A stretch of DNA of 63,935 nt, the filler included, from Reclinomonas americana ATCC 50394 (taxonomy: Eukaryota), in the NCBI GenBank assembly GCA_048213135.1. It is 9 parts of 3 records of this genome, joined end to end, with 100 filler letters (N's around TTAATTAATTAA, not from the genome) between each part and the next. Parts side by side here need not be neighbours in the genome. Positions count along the whole stretch, not along the records: positions 37,515 to 48,255 come from PS015147.1; positions 48,356 to 52,681 come from PS015148.1; 7 more parts are not named here. One strand, written 5' to 3'. A program made the position numbers and the translations under genes. Below the pieces are notes generated by a model. It made no database searches and was not told where the DNA came from. It worked only from the letters and a program-made list of their open reading frames with translations. Shown one piece after another: positions 37,515-49,755 of the stretch (position 1 is its first letter; every line of letters begins with the position of its first letter).

Positions 37515-40500
37515 TTACTGGCGGCAGTGTGACAACCGCTGGTTCTCTGCAAGGCGGTAGCGTCAGCACCCTCGGTGTGATCAATGCTGGCGGTGTGATT
37601 ACTGGCGGTAGCGTGACAACCGCTGGCACTGTGCAGGGCCTGTCTCTCAGCGCATCTGGTGTCATTAGCGGCGGCAGTGTGACGACAGCCGGCTCTCTGC
37701 AGGGCGGTAGCATCAGCACCCTCGGCGTGATCAATGCGGGCGGTTTGATTACTGGCGGCAGTGTGACAACCGCTGGCACTGTGCAGGGCCTGTCTCTCAG
37801 CGCATCAGGAGTCATCAGCGGTGGCAGTGTGACCACTGTGGGCTCTCTGCAAGGCGGCAGCGTAAGCACTCTCGGTGTTATCAATGCCGGTGGTGTGATT
37901 ACTGGCGGCAGTGTGACGACCGCCGGTTCTCTGCAAGGAGGCAGCATCAGCACCCTCGGCGTGATCAGTGCCGGTGGCTTGATTACTGGCGGTAGCGTGA
38001 CAACCGCCGGCTCTCTGCAAGGCGGCAGCGTCAGCACTCTCGGCGTGATCAATGCTGGCGGTCTGATTACTGGCGGTAGTGTGACGACCGCTGGATCGCT
38101 GCAAGGCGGTAGCATCAGCACCCTCGGTGTGATCAATGCTGGCGGTGTGATTACTGGCGGTAGCGTGACGACAGCTGGTTCGCTGCAAGGAGGCAGCGTC
38201 AGCACTCTTGGTGTGATCAATGCCGGTGGTGTGATTACTGGCGGCAGTGTGACGACCGCTGGTTCTCTGCAAGGCGGNNNNNNNNNNNNNNNNNNNNNNN
38301 NNNNNNNNNNNNNNNNNNNNNNNNNNNNNNNNNNNNNNNNNNNNNNNNNNNNNNNNNNNNNNNNNNNNNNNNNNNNNNNNNNNNNNNNNNNNNNNNNNNN
38401 NNNNNNNNNNNNNNNNNNNNNNNNNNNNNNNNNNNNNNNNNNNNNNNNNNNNNNNNNNNNNNNNNNNNNNNNNNNNNNNNNNNNNNNNNNNNNNNNNNNN
38501 NNNNNNNNNNNNNNNNNNNNNNNNNNNNNNNNNNNNNNNNNNNNNNNNNNNNNNNNNNNNNAACCGCTGGTTCTCTGCAAGGCGGCAGCATCAGCACCCT
38601 CGGTGTCATCAATGCCGGCGGTCTGATTACTGGCGGCAGTGTGACAACCGCTGGTTCTCTGCAAGGCGGCAGTATCAGCACCGTCGGCGTGATCAATGCC
38701 GGCGGTCTGATTTCTGGCGGCAGTGTGACGACTGCTGGCTCTCTGCAAGGCGGCAGCATCAGCACTCTGGGTGTGATCAATGCCGGTGGTTTGATTACTG
38801 GCGGTAGCGTGACGACCGCTGGTTCGCTGCAAGGCGGAAGCGTCAGCACTCTTGGTGTGATCAATGCCGGTGGTGTGATTACCGGCGGCAGCGTGACGAC
38901 AGCTGGCACTGTGCAGGGCCTGTCTCTTAGTGCATCCGGCGTCATCAGCGGCGGAAGTGTGACCACTGTGGGCTCACTGCAAGGCGGCAGCGTCAGCACT
39001 CTCGGCGTGATCAATGCTGGCGGTCTGATTACTGGCGGTAGTGTTACGACCGCCGGTTCTCTGCAAGGCGGCAGTGTCAGCACTCTCGGCGTGATCAACG
39101 CTGGCGGTCTGATTACTGGCGGCAGCGTGACGACAGCTGGCACTGTGCAAGGCCTGTCTCTGAGTGCATCCGGCGTCATCAGCGGTGGCAGTGTGACCAC
39201 CGTGGGCTCACTGCAAGGTGGTAGCGTCAGCACTCTCGGCGTGATTAACGCTGGCGGTCTGATCACCGGTGGTAGTGTGACGACAGCTGGTTCACTGCAA
39301 GGCGGCAGCATCAGCACCCTCGGTGTGATCAATGCTGGCGGTCTGATTACCGGCGGCAGCGTGACGACAGCTGGCACTGTGCAGGGCCTGTCTCTTAGTG
39401 CATCCGGCGTCATCAGCGGCGGAAGTGTGACCACTGTGGGCTCACTGCAAGGCGGCAGCGTCAGCACTCTCGGCGTGATCAATGCTGGCGGTCTGATTAC
39501 TGGCGGTAGTGTGACGACCGCTGGATCGCTGCAAGGCGGCAGCATCAGCACCCTCGGCGTCATCAATGCCGGTGGCGTGATTACTGGCGGCAGTGTTACG
39601 ACCGCCGGTTCTCTGCAAGGCGGCAGTGTCAGCACTCTCGGCGTGATCAACGCTGGCGGTCTGATTACTGGCGGCAGTGTGACGACAGCTGGCACTGTGC
39701 AGGGCCTGTCTCTTAGTGCATCAGGAGTCATCAGCGGTGGCAGTGTGACCACTGTGGGCTCTCTGCAGGGCGGCAGTGTCAGCACTCTCGGNNNNNNNNN
39801 NNNNNNNNNNNNNNNNNNNNNNNNNNNNNNNNNNNNNNNNNNNNNNNNNNNNNNNNNNNNNNNNNNNNNNNNNNNNNNNNNNNNNNNNNNNNNGGCAGTG
39901 TGACGACAGCCGGCTCTCTGCAAGGCGGCAGCATCAGCACTCTGGGTGTGATCAATGCCGGTGGCTTGATTACTGGCGGCAGTGTGACGACAGCTGGCAC
40001 TGTGCAGGGCCTGTCTCTTAGTGCATCAGGAGTCATCAGCGGTGGTAGTGTGACGACCGCTGGTTCTCTCCAAGGCGGCAGTGTCAGCACTCTTGGTGTG
40101 ATCAATGCCGGCGGTCTGATTACCGGCGGCAGCGTGACGACAGCTGGTTCACTGCAGGGCGGCAGTATCAGTACTCTCGGTGTGATCAATGCCGGCGGTC
40201 TGATCACTGGCGGCAGTGTGACGACCGCTGGCACTGTGCAGGGCCTGTCTCTCAGCGCATCTGGTGTCATCAGCGGTGGCAGTGTGACGACAGCTGGTTC
40301 TCTGCAAGGTGGCAGCATCAGCACTCTCGGCGTCATCAACGCTGGTGGCTTGATCACTGGCGGCAGTGTGACGACAGCCGGCTCTCTGCAAGGAGGCAGC
40401 ATCAGCACTCTGGGTGTGATCAATGCCGGTGGCTTGATTACTGGTGGCAGTGTGACGACCGCTGGCTCTCTGCAAGGCGGGAGCGTCAGCACTCTCGGCG

Positions 40501-41794
40501 TGATCAACGCTGGCGGTCTGATTACTGGTGGCAGTGTGACGACATCTGGTTCCGTGTCAACGTCGACACTCAGCGTCGCATCCACGACAACAATCAACGG
40601 TCGGCTGCGCCTGAAGCAGGACAATACTAACTATACGGTTTCCACACCCGATGGATATGGCTTCCTGCAGTACACGTCGACGCAGAAAGTTTCGTGTTCG
40701 TTTCCCGGTCGAAGTTTTTCTTGCTTTGTACTCATCATTGATGCTGCCGCCAGTTGTACTTGCTCGGTGACGATGGAACGTACTACAGCATGACAACCAC
40801 GGTCAGTTCATGTTTTTGTCGATTCTGCTCTGCTCGCTGTGCTCAACTTTTTCGTTCTCCGATGCAGACGGGCTCAACGCCCTCGGACGCCCGCCTGAAG
40901 CAGAACGTTCAGCCAATCGCAGGCGCCAATAGCCTCGTCCGTCGACTCCGTGGCCGCACGTTTGAGTGGAATACGGTGGGTGTTGCAATGTGGCTGTGTG
41001 TGCGTGTGTGTCTGTGGACATTTGTGAGATTCATGACGTCGATTCGTTGTATTGCAGGCCGCCAAAGCATTCGGGTTTGAGCCAGGCGAGAAGTCGATCG
41101 GCTTCATCGCCCAGGAGCTCGAAATGTTGGTTCCTGAACTAATCGAGACCGAGCGGCACCCCAGTGGCTTGGTGAGTCTTGCTTCCCCAGTCTGGCAGTC
41201 GAAAGAGCCGAGATCGCTAACGTATCTACATCACAGTCTGTTAAGCGAGTCGCTTACGGCCCGGTGGTGGCCATTCTTGTTGAAGCGCTGAAAGAGCAAC
41301 AGTTGACGCTGGAGCAGCAGCAATTGACATTGGAGCAGCAGCAGTTGACGGTGGAGCAGCAGCAGAATGCGCTCACCGTCTACGATGCCGAGTTTGCGAA
41401 TCAGCGGCTGAAGATGGCTGATCAGGAACGGATTAATCGGGAACAGGAAGTCGAGCTGGTGAACCAGCGGCGTGTGGCTCACGAGCAGGAGCTGAAGGCG
41501 GCTGAACAAGAGCGGATTAATCGGGAGCAGGAGCTGAAGCTCGCGGAACAACAACGCATCACTCGGGAACAGGAGTTGAAGATGGCTGAACAGGAACGCA
41601 TCACTCGGGAGCAGGAGCTGAAGGTGGCTGAACAGGAGCTGAAGCTCGCGGAACAGGAACGCGAGTTGACCGAACTTCGTCGTCTTGCCGAGGTGCACTC
41701 GCAGCAAATCGCCGAACTGAGCCGTTTGATGGCCACGCTGGCGGCAGCACGTTCCAGCAACGAACTCTCACAGCAAGACAACAAGCCAATGTAA
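37515..41794 (+). CDS. Tail-fibre-like protein: long G/S/T repeat stalk, peptidase S74 intramolecular chaperone and coiled coil; 5' incomplete
   Basis: 28-aa and 22-aa repeat units over about 3 kb. Four GT-AG introns (40689-40753, 40802-40867, 40976-41057, 41172-41236) give PSDARLKQNVQPI...LRGRTFEWN...IGFIAQELEMLVPELI...VAYGPVVAILVEALKEQQ, then heptad and 14-aa EQERI.REQELK.A repeats. Confidence 0.88.
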
Positions 41795-41850
41795 CAACAT
41801 GCGGTGTTTTATTGACAATCTCCCCCTCAATGATTTGGCGCCTCTATTCT

Positions 41851-44800
41851 TCAGGGAGAGTGACGGTCTCGGTTGATGAGCACATGCGGACTCTTGTATG
41901 GGTCGGGGCGTGCACAAGGAATCACATGCCAGATTTGCTCGGCATACTGCAATAGATCTCGATTAGTAGTGACACTTGCAGCTGCACATGTAAGTTCTGC
42001 ACGCCGCACCTCGCGCACACTGCGATCGGAGGAAAAGTAGCCGCTGCGAGCAGTCGAAGTCAGACTCTTCCGAATCCACTCTCGCGGATTCTTGTACAGC
42101 TCGTCCACATTGCCCTGAATCCGGAGATAGTCGGCAAAGTCATATGCCGCAATGTACTGTCATTGTCGCACGATGAGCTCAGCAAGTGAGCGAGCAACCA
42201 TATGCGCACAGGCGGGGGAGCATAACGCACCTTGTTGAAGATGGTGCCGACAAAACGATCAAATCCGAACTGCCGATAATCGCCAAACGTGCCACTCCGA
42301 ATGAGATCCAGCACGCGAGTTAGCCGCTGGTCCTCGCGGAAGCTGCCTGAACGCACTGACTCCCAGGCGGATTGCACCTGATCACAGCGGCAGCCAAAGA
42401 TGAACATGTTGTCCTCGCCGATTTGCTCCGCAATCTCCACATTAGCGCCATCCATCGTGCCGATAATCAGGCAGCCGTTCATGGCAAACTTCATGTTGCT
42501 GCAGCCATGTGATGAGTGGCCACCATTCTTCTTGCACTATTCTGCATGGCGGCTCTGACGCAAACAAACCTGGTACCGGAAGCCTCATAACCGGCAGTTG
42601 AAATCTGCTGGCACACATCCGCTGCCGGGATGATGATCTCGGCCAGTGACACCTTGTAATCCGGCAGGAACACCAGTTTCAAGTACGCATTCGTTTCAAG
42701 GTCGTGATTGATCACCGCGGCCACGTTGTTGATCAACTTGATTGTGATCTTGGCGACCTCGTATCCGGGGGCGGCTTTTCCGGCAAAAATCACGGTTCTC
42801 TTGACCGTTCGCGCACGCTCCTCGGCCGACATTCGCTTCAGTTCGTCCCACCGATGAATCACACTGCATCGTAAGCCACGGGGCATTAACACAACCGCCA
42901 TGGAAAGTATGCATGCACAGTCCATGTCACACACCTCAGCAAGTTGAGCGACTGCCGCTTGTACTCTGCCAACCGAGAGCGCACCATTGAGCACTGCTGT
43001 AAGAATCGACGGCGAGCGTTCCACCACCACCACCACCAAGAACTTACCATGAATGCGCTTCACGTGCACATCAAACAGCGACGACCGATCGACGACGATG
43101 CCAGTCTCGTCCTCGATGTGCAGTGCTGCATGAGTTGGGATTGTGAGTGAGTGGCGGATTCAGTCACGCAGCGCGCGCTCTCGTGTTGCGACAGACCCAG
43201 AATCTCCTTGTTGTACCGCCGTACTTCTTGCCACTCGCGCTCCAGTTCCGGATCACCAATCACATCGAGCAGGGCTGTCAGTTTTGAGAGCTTGGTCATC
43301 CAGTGATGGTCATCGCACCACTTGCACACCAGTTCGGTGTACTTGGGATTCGCGAGAGCCATCCACCTGTGGGGCCGGGGGGAAATTGTCGTGGTGGTAG
43401 TGAGTGCGAGAAGAAGAGAGAGAGAAAACATGTGGAAGTTCTCACCGCCGCGGTGTCACTCCGTTCGTGACATTGACAAAGCGATCCGGAAACATGCTGG
43501 CAAAGTCGGCAAAGAGCGAATCACGCAGAATCTCCGAGTGCATTCGCGAGACACCATTGACTTTGAAGGAGCCGACGGCTGCCAAGTGAGACATGCGAAC
43601 CCACTTGGGCTCACCCTCCTCGATGAGACTCATGCGAGCCAGCTTGTCGCGATTGCCAAAGTGTGCCTCCACGTCGATCAGGAAGCGGCGATTGATTTCG
43701 TAGATGATTTGCATGTGACTGAGCACAAGAACACAAGAGGCGACTGTGAGGTGGTGGCAACTCGGGGTGGCTCACAATGATTACACGGACGCACCGAGGC
43801 AGCAAGTTCTCCATCAGCGGCACGCGCCACTTCTCCAGCGCCTCAGGCAGCACGGTGTGGTTCGTGTACGCAAACGTGTTGCGCGTGATCTCCCAGGCCT
43901 CCTCCCATCCGAGGAACTCTGTGTGTACGTGTGCGTGTGGCAAGACATGAGCTGCTGTCAAGCTGCGTGGCGCGCACGGGCGCACGTACCTTCGTCGAGA
44001 AGAATGCGCATCAATTCGGGAATGGAAATGGTGGGATGGGTGTCGTTCAGTTGAATCACCACCTGCGGAATAAATGAGTACCCTCATGGTGACAAGAAGG
44101 AAAACTGGGCTATGTGAACCTTGTTTGGCAGCTCGCTCAACGGCAGCGACAGCTTTTTGAATCGTCGCAGAATGTCCTGGATGGTGGCACTCGAGAAGAA
44201 GTATTGCTGCTTCAGGCGAAGCTCGTTTCCTGGGGCGGGAGAAACAGTGAGAGGGGGAAGCGAGAACAATAGAAGTGCGCCTCACGTACCTCGGTACTGG
44301 TGGTCATTCGGGTACAGCACCGACGTGATGGTCTCCGACTTGTTCTTCTCTCCAATGGCACCTACGTAGTCGAATCTACACGAACCGCATCGTGATGAGC
44401 GACGGAAGCAGCGAGAGGCGCGTGGAAGGGGGTGGACTGACGCAACGAGTTGAACAGATCGTAGTCAAACTCGCGAGACGGCTTGGCCTTCCACAGGCGC
44501 AGATTGTTCACATTGAAGGTGTCGTAGCCGGGGATCGGGTTGTCGTAGGCACAGGCAAACACGCTTTCGCCACCTTGCCAGTGCACCTATTCTTCCCCCG
44601 CATGAGAAACACCGTGTCACAAGAGGGAACGAAGCAGCTGCAGTGCCGTGCAACAAACCCTCATGCACCCGAGCTCGTCCTCATACCACGATGTCTCGCC
44701 GTAGAAACGAACTGGATAGTACACGTCGAGTCGCTCAATCTCCCACGGGTTTCCGCGAGACAGCCTGCCACAATAACTAAGACTGACGGCGCAGCGCGAG

Positions 44801-46500
44801 AAGGACGATGATCCGTGTCTCACCAGTAATCAGGACGCTCCTTCTGGAACCCGTCGACGATGCTCTGCGCAAACATGCCGTACGTGTAGCGGATGCCGTA
44901 TCCCCACGCCGGCAAGTTGGCCGTGGTCATCGAGTCCTGCACAAGCAGAGGGGGTGAAATGGTCAGCCCAGATGCCCTCCGCATAACGGTGCACGACAGC
45001 AGCAGCAGCAGCAGACCAGATAGCAGGCCGCCAGACGCCCGAGGCCGCCGTTTCCGAGTGCTGCATCCTGCTCTTCGTCGTACAGCTCCTCCAGCGCGTA
45101 CCCAAAGTCAGTCATCGCTGTGAAACAAGGAGGTGAGTACCGAGGAGTGCACAAACGCAGCGGGATACACACACACACACCTTGTCCGTACTCGGAGGTG
45201 AGATCGAGATTGAAGAGTGCGTTTTGCAGGCTGCGGCCCATCAGGAACTCCAGACTCATGTAGTACACACGTTTGCCTGCATGCTCGGTGATGTACTGTG
45301 TGGTGGGGATGGAAAGAGAGGTGAGAGAGGGGAGAGGGAGGGAGGGAGGGAGAAAAGGGGAGGGAGGGGGAGGGGGGAGGGAGAGAAGGGGAGGGAGGGG
45401 GAGAAGCGAAGAGGCGGGAGACGGAGAGGAGATAGCAGAAGTGAGAGAGCGAGAGACAGGCAGGGGGAGACGGAGAGCAAATGGGTGTGAGGCGAGGTGT
45501 GCGAGAGAGTGTGAGAGAGAAGGAGAGAAGCCACAAGCCTGCACTTGCGGCCATGCGGTGGAGAAAAACAACACACAGGAGTACTACAACTGTCGCGCCC
45601 AGACAACGGCCACCACCACACACACACAACGACGAAGGCACACCTGCTGCGTGTCATTCCAGCTCTCGATCAACCGATCGCGCACACTCAACGCTGTGGC
45701 CATGTACGTCGCCCACGACTCAATGTTGAAGCGAGTGCGTGCCAGCGTGTATTCGACATGGTTGACCACGTACTGCTCAATGTCACGCGGGTCCTTGGAC
45801 AGGTACGTCGACATGAGCTCCCACATGCGACTGGTGCCGATCGGATTGCGCAGGTCCGCAGGTCTGTGCAATTGCAATGACAGGCGATCAGTATAGTATC
45901 GTCGACCAGCAACATGATGGCACGTAGCGCAAGACGCCGTACCGATACGCGATCTCGTTCTTGGCTGATGGTGACGCGCGATGTGATCAATGTGAGACAA
46001 CACGATTCGGACGTGTCCGCATCGACATGACGACTTACCGTGACTGCGTCGGCGTTTGAGATGAGGCGTCTTGCGCGGAATCACCGCCATGGAGGTGGGC
46101 GAACCTCCTCCACTGTAGGTGACCTCCACACGCGCAGTCGGGCTGCTTCCATCGTAGCTGTCGACCACGGGCGGAAATCCACTGTCGCAGTGATGAGAAA
46201 AAGCACAGTGAAAGACGAAGGCGGAGTAAGGAAGCACTCTGACCAGGGCGACTGCGGCGTGCTGCTGAACTGTGTTGTTTGCGAGTGAGCGAGAGAGAGA
46301 GGAAGAACGCACATTGTGAGTGACGCAACACGAGATTCCTCAGTGTCGGGCATTCCGCCACTGAGCGAGTTGCGTCGGCGTCGCTCACGTGGCGACATGC
46401 TGCCTCCTGCGCCTTGAGTGCCTGTGACTGATGCAGAGGCTGGTGTACCACTCATCATCTGCTGTTGTTGTTGTTGTGCGACAAAGTCCAACGTGTTCAT
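41851..46500 (-). CDS. glgP: Glycogen phosphorylase (GT35), multi-exon
   Basis: [129 protein letters not shown]. The start codon is tentative. Confidence 0.96.
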
Positions 46501-47073
46501 CGCTCCGCAACAACAACACAAAGGAAAACGATTGGCAAGGAGCGAATCTTGAAGCGAATCTTTTCACGCACTCTCGTTCCCTCTCTCTCTCTCTTTCTCT
46601 GTGTGTTGCGTGCATGCCGCGTGCTGCTGCGACCGGTGGTGATTGGATACGACGAGGAAAAAAATCATCGTTCACTCATGAAGGTGGCGCGATTGGTAAG
46701 CAGTTGTGCGATTATTGGTTGTAAAGACGACATCATGGTGTGGAACCTTCTTGCAGTGCGATACGAACGCGTGCCGAAACGCATAAGGCGAGAGGATGAG
46801 GTGTGTTGATACGCAAGTTCTAGTGCGCGGGCAGGCGCCATGTTCATCACAGAGTTTCCCAATTCGGACGGACCACATGGCCATGGATGCTGGCTGTGAA
46901 GAGAAGAGGGCAAGCGGTGTGCGGGCAGCACACAGCTGGGCCGAGGCGTAAGAGAGGCGTGGCACACTGTGACAGTGAGACTGCAGCAGTGCGTGAATCC
47001 GAACCGGCGCGAATCCGAACGCGCGGTGATTGAAAGAAAAAGTACGAATGCGGCGAGTACATAAGGCGGTTTC

Positions 47074-48105
47074 ATGACTCGCAGAGAGTGGCGTTGAAGG
47101 CCACAGTGGCCTCGGAGTGTGGGTGATGGCCAACTCCTGTGCCGCTGTGAGTGAGGGGTGCGAGAGTGGCAAGCGAAGTGAAAAAACAAACCTTGCAACT
47201 CGATGACTTTGAAGTTGGGAGACTTGTTGCAGAGGGCGCGCATGTGCGGCCCGAAGGATGGATCGACAAACGGGTCGTCTCTGGTGACATGCAAGAGCGT
47301 GAGGGGCGACTGTGCTTCACCAAAGAACGACGCAGGCAGGCAGGCACTCACCGTCCGTAAATTACAGTGACCTGCAAAACGGGTGGAGCGTGAGTGGAGC
47401 GGCAAGGAGGGTGAGAGAGGAAGGGGATAAAGAGCGCACCGGTATGGTCAACGAGGGGAGATCTTCCTCCAACGGGTGCGTCCTGCGTTGGCCGTTGAAT
47501 ACAGTGCGTGTGCGTGAAGATGCAGCAGACGATTACATACCACGGACTGTTTCGCGGCGACGGCAGCAACCGCGTCCAGGCGACTTCACCACTGGCCGGC
47601 ATAGCGGAAATATGGTACAGATACTCGGCCTGCCAACGCACATGTGAGCCGGTGGGCATAATAAAGCACCGGGAAAAATTGACGGCGAACCAGTCGATTG
47701 TCAGACCACGGGAAGCGGCCGCGATCCTGCCATCGAGCCGTCGACACCACCAAGTAGCCTGCGCACAGGTCGGAGACAGAGGGTTGATGAGCACACAGAG
47801 ACAAACGTGCGGCAGAAAGACCATGAAGCAATAATCTCCGGTTGTGAGCACTCTCACCAAAGTGAGGTCCGAGCGACCGAACGACATCCTGCGGTGTGAT
47901 GCCGAGTACGCCAAATCCACCGGCGTCGCGGTCCAGATCGCCCGACTGCATGTACTCGTGAAGGAACTGATCGAGTCGAGGGCTCTTGCGCAGGCCTGCG
48001 AGACGCAGTTAGTCTCTAGAATGTCTCGCGGCCGACGACCACTCACCAACAGGCGCATTCAGTATCAGCCGCCGAACTCGTTGCGGGTGCTCCAGGGCAT
48101 ACGAC
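47074..48105 (-). CDS. Alpha/beta hydrolase (ABHD4/ABHD5-like), C-terminal exons
   Basis: Spliced exons read AASYALEHPQRVRRLILNAPVG, ITPQDVVRSLGPHFG and terminal GVGHHPHSEA. The N-terminus is lost at the contig end. Confidence 0.65.
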
Positions 48106-48214
48106 GCGGCCTGCACGACGAGTGAGCGCACGCGAGAGAAGGAGAAGGAAAAGGAGGAGGAGGAGGAGGAGGAGGAGGAGGAGGAGGAGGAGAAGGAGAA
48201 GGAGAAGAAGAAGA

Positions 48215-48255
<41 letters not shown>

Positions 48256-48375
48256 NNNNNNNNNNNNNNNNNNNNNNNNNNNNNNNNNNNNNNNNNNNNT
48301 TAATTAATTAANNNNNNNNNNNNNNNNNNNNNNNNNNNNNNNNNNNNNNNNNNNNGCGCGCGGGGGAGCGAGCGC

Positions 48376-48475
<100 letters not shown>

Positions 48476-48499
48476 CAAGGGAGGTAAGGGACACCTTCC

Positions 48500-49360
48500 T
48501 TGTGTCACTCCACAGCTCGTCTTTCATGCTGCACTCGTTCATCGCCAAGTTGTCCAAGGAAGATTCATCCTGCTTCTCTGCATTGTGGTGTCCCCACTCT
48601 CCTTGCTCGCCGTCTGCAGTTCAGTTGTGATCGTGCTGCTCTTCCTCCAGTGCAGACCGTGACACATGGCGATCATTCCTCTTGCCCTTGCCTCTCCTTT
48701 CACGAGTCCATTCGGCTCCCCTTTCTCACTGTCTGCTGGTTTCATCCTGCACGTTCCCCCATTCTGCTCTGTTCCTCACTGTGGCCACACCGTTGGCGAT
48801 CTTTGCGTCTGCCTCTCTGCCTCACGATGCCCAGCATTCCGCTCTCCTTCCACGCTGTCTGCAGTTGTGATCTCACTGTTCTTCCGCTGTTGCAGACCGT
48901 GACGTGCCCTTGGCGATCACTCCTTGCCTCTCTGCAGTCCACCCTTCATGAATCCATTCGGCTCTCCTTCTCACTGTCTGCTGATGTTCATCCTGCACGT
49001 TCCCCTTCCCCGTTCAGTTCTCTTCCTCCACTGCAGACCGCGACACACCCTGGCGATCTTTGCATTGCCTCTCTGCCTCACCATGTCCAGCATTCTTCTC
49101 TCCTTTCTCGCTGTTCTTCCGTTCTCTTCCTCCATTGTGTCCACACCTTTGGCGATCACTCTCCTTTGTCCGTGTCTCTCTGAAGTCCACCTTTTACAGT
49201 ATTCCCCTCTCGGTGCTCCTGCTCTCTTCTGCATCGAAAGATGCATCTTCTTCCGTTGTCTTCCTCCACTGTATTCGCACCTACGGTGATCGCTCCTCTT
49301 TGCCCTCGCCTCTGTTTACAGTATTCCGCTCTCATCCTTCGCCCTTCTCGTTTCAGACCA
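48500..49360. repeat. Pyrimidine-rich degenerate repeat, probably intronic
   Basis: TGCAGACCG.GACAC..TGGCGATC and TCCATTCGGCTC..TCTCACTGTCTGCTG..TCATCCTGCACGTTCCCC recur. Confidence 0.75.
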
Positions 49361-49459
49361 CGACGCCTCACCTGTCTTTCCTTCTCGTTCGCGTTCCGCT
49401 CACCTCCTTCCCCCTGTTCCTTCCCCCTTGCCCCTTCTCCCTTTCCCTCCTCCTCGCAG

Positions 49460-49711
49460 ATCGTGACCGCCCGTCGCGGCGTCTCCATCATCGGCATGGA
49501 GCAGACTGGTCGCTACGGCCTGCGCATCACCTTTGACGATCTGCACGAGACGGGCATCTACTCATGGGAGTACTTGTACTGGCTGGGCCTCAACAAGACG
49601 CGCCTCATGCGCGAGTACGTGCGAGAACTGCGCGCCCGCGGTCTTTCGCGAGATCGACGGCAGCGCAAGTCATCTTCTCCTTCTCCAACACCACCGGGAG
49701 TCGTCAAGTGA
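49460..49711 (+). CDS. Last exon of a DUF971 / gamma-butyrobetaine hydroxylase N-terminal-like protein
   Basis: Polypyrimidine tract and CAG, then VSIIGMEQTGRYGLRITFDDLHETGIYSWEYLYWLG...YVRELRARGLSRD. Confidence 0.8.
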   Translation: MVTARRGVSIIGMEQTGRYGLRITFDDLHETGIYSWEYLYWLGLNKTRLMREYVRELRARGLSRDRRQRKSSSPSPTPPGVVK

Positions 49712-49755
49712 AATATATAGAACTCGCCATTGTCGTCGTCGTCGGTCGTCGCCCC

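Noticed and set aside
37459-40624. Long Pro-rich minus-strand ORFs
   Set aside because: Antisense shadow of the Gly-rich repeat; only the plus frame continues into the S74 domain.
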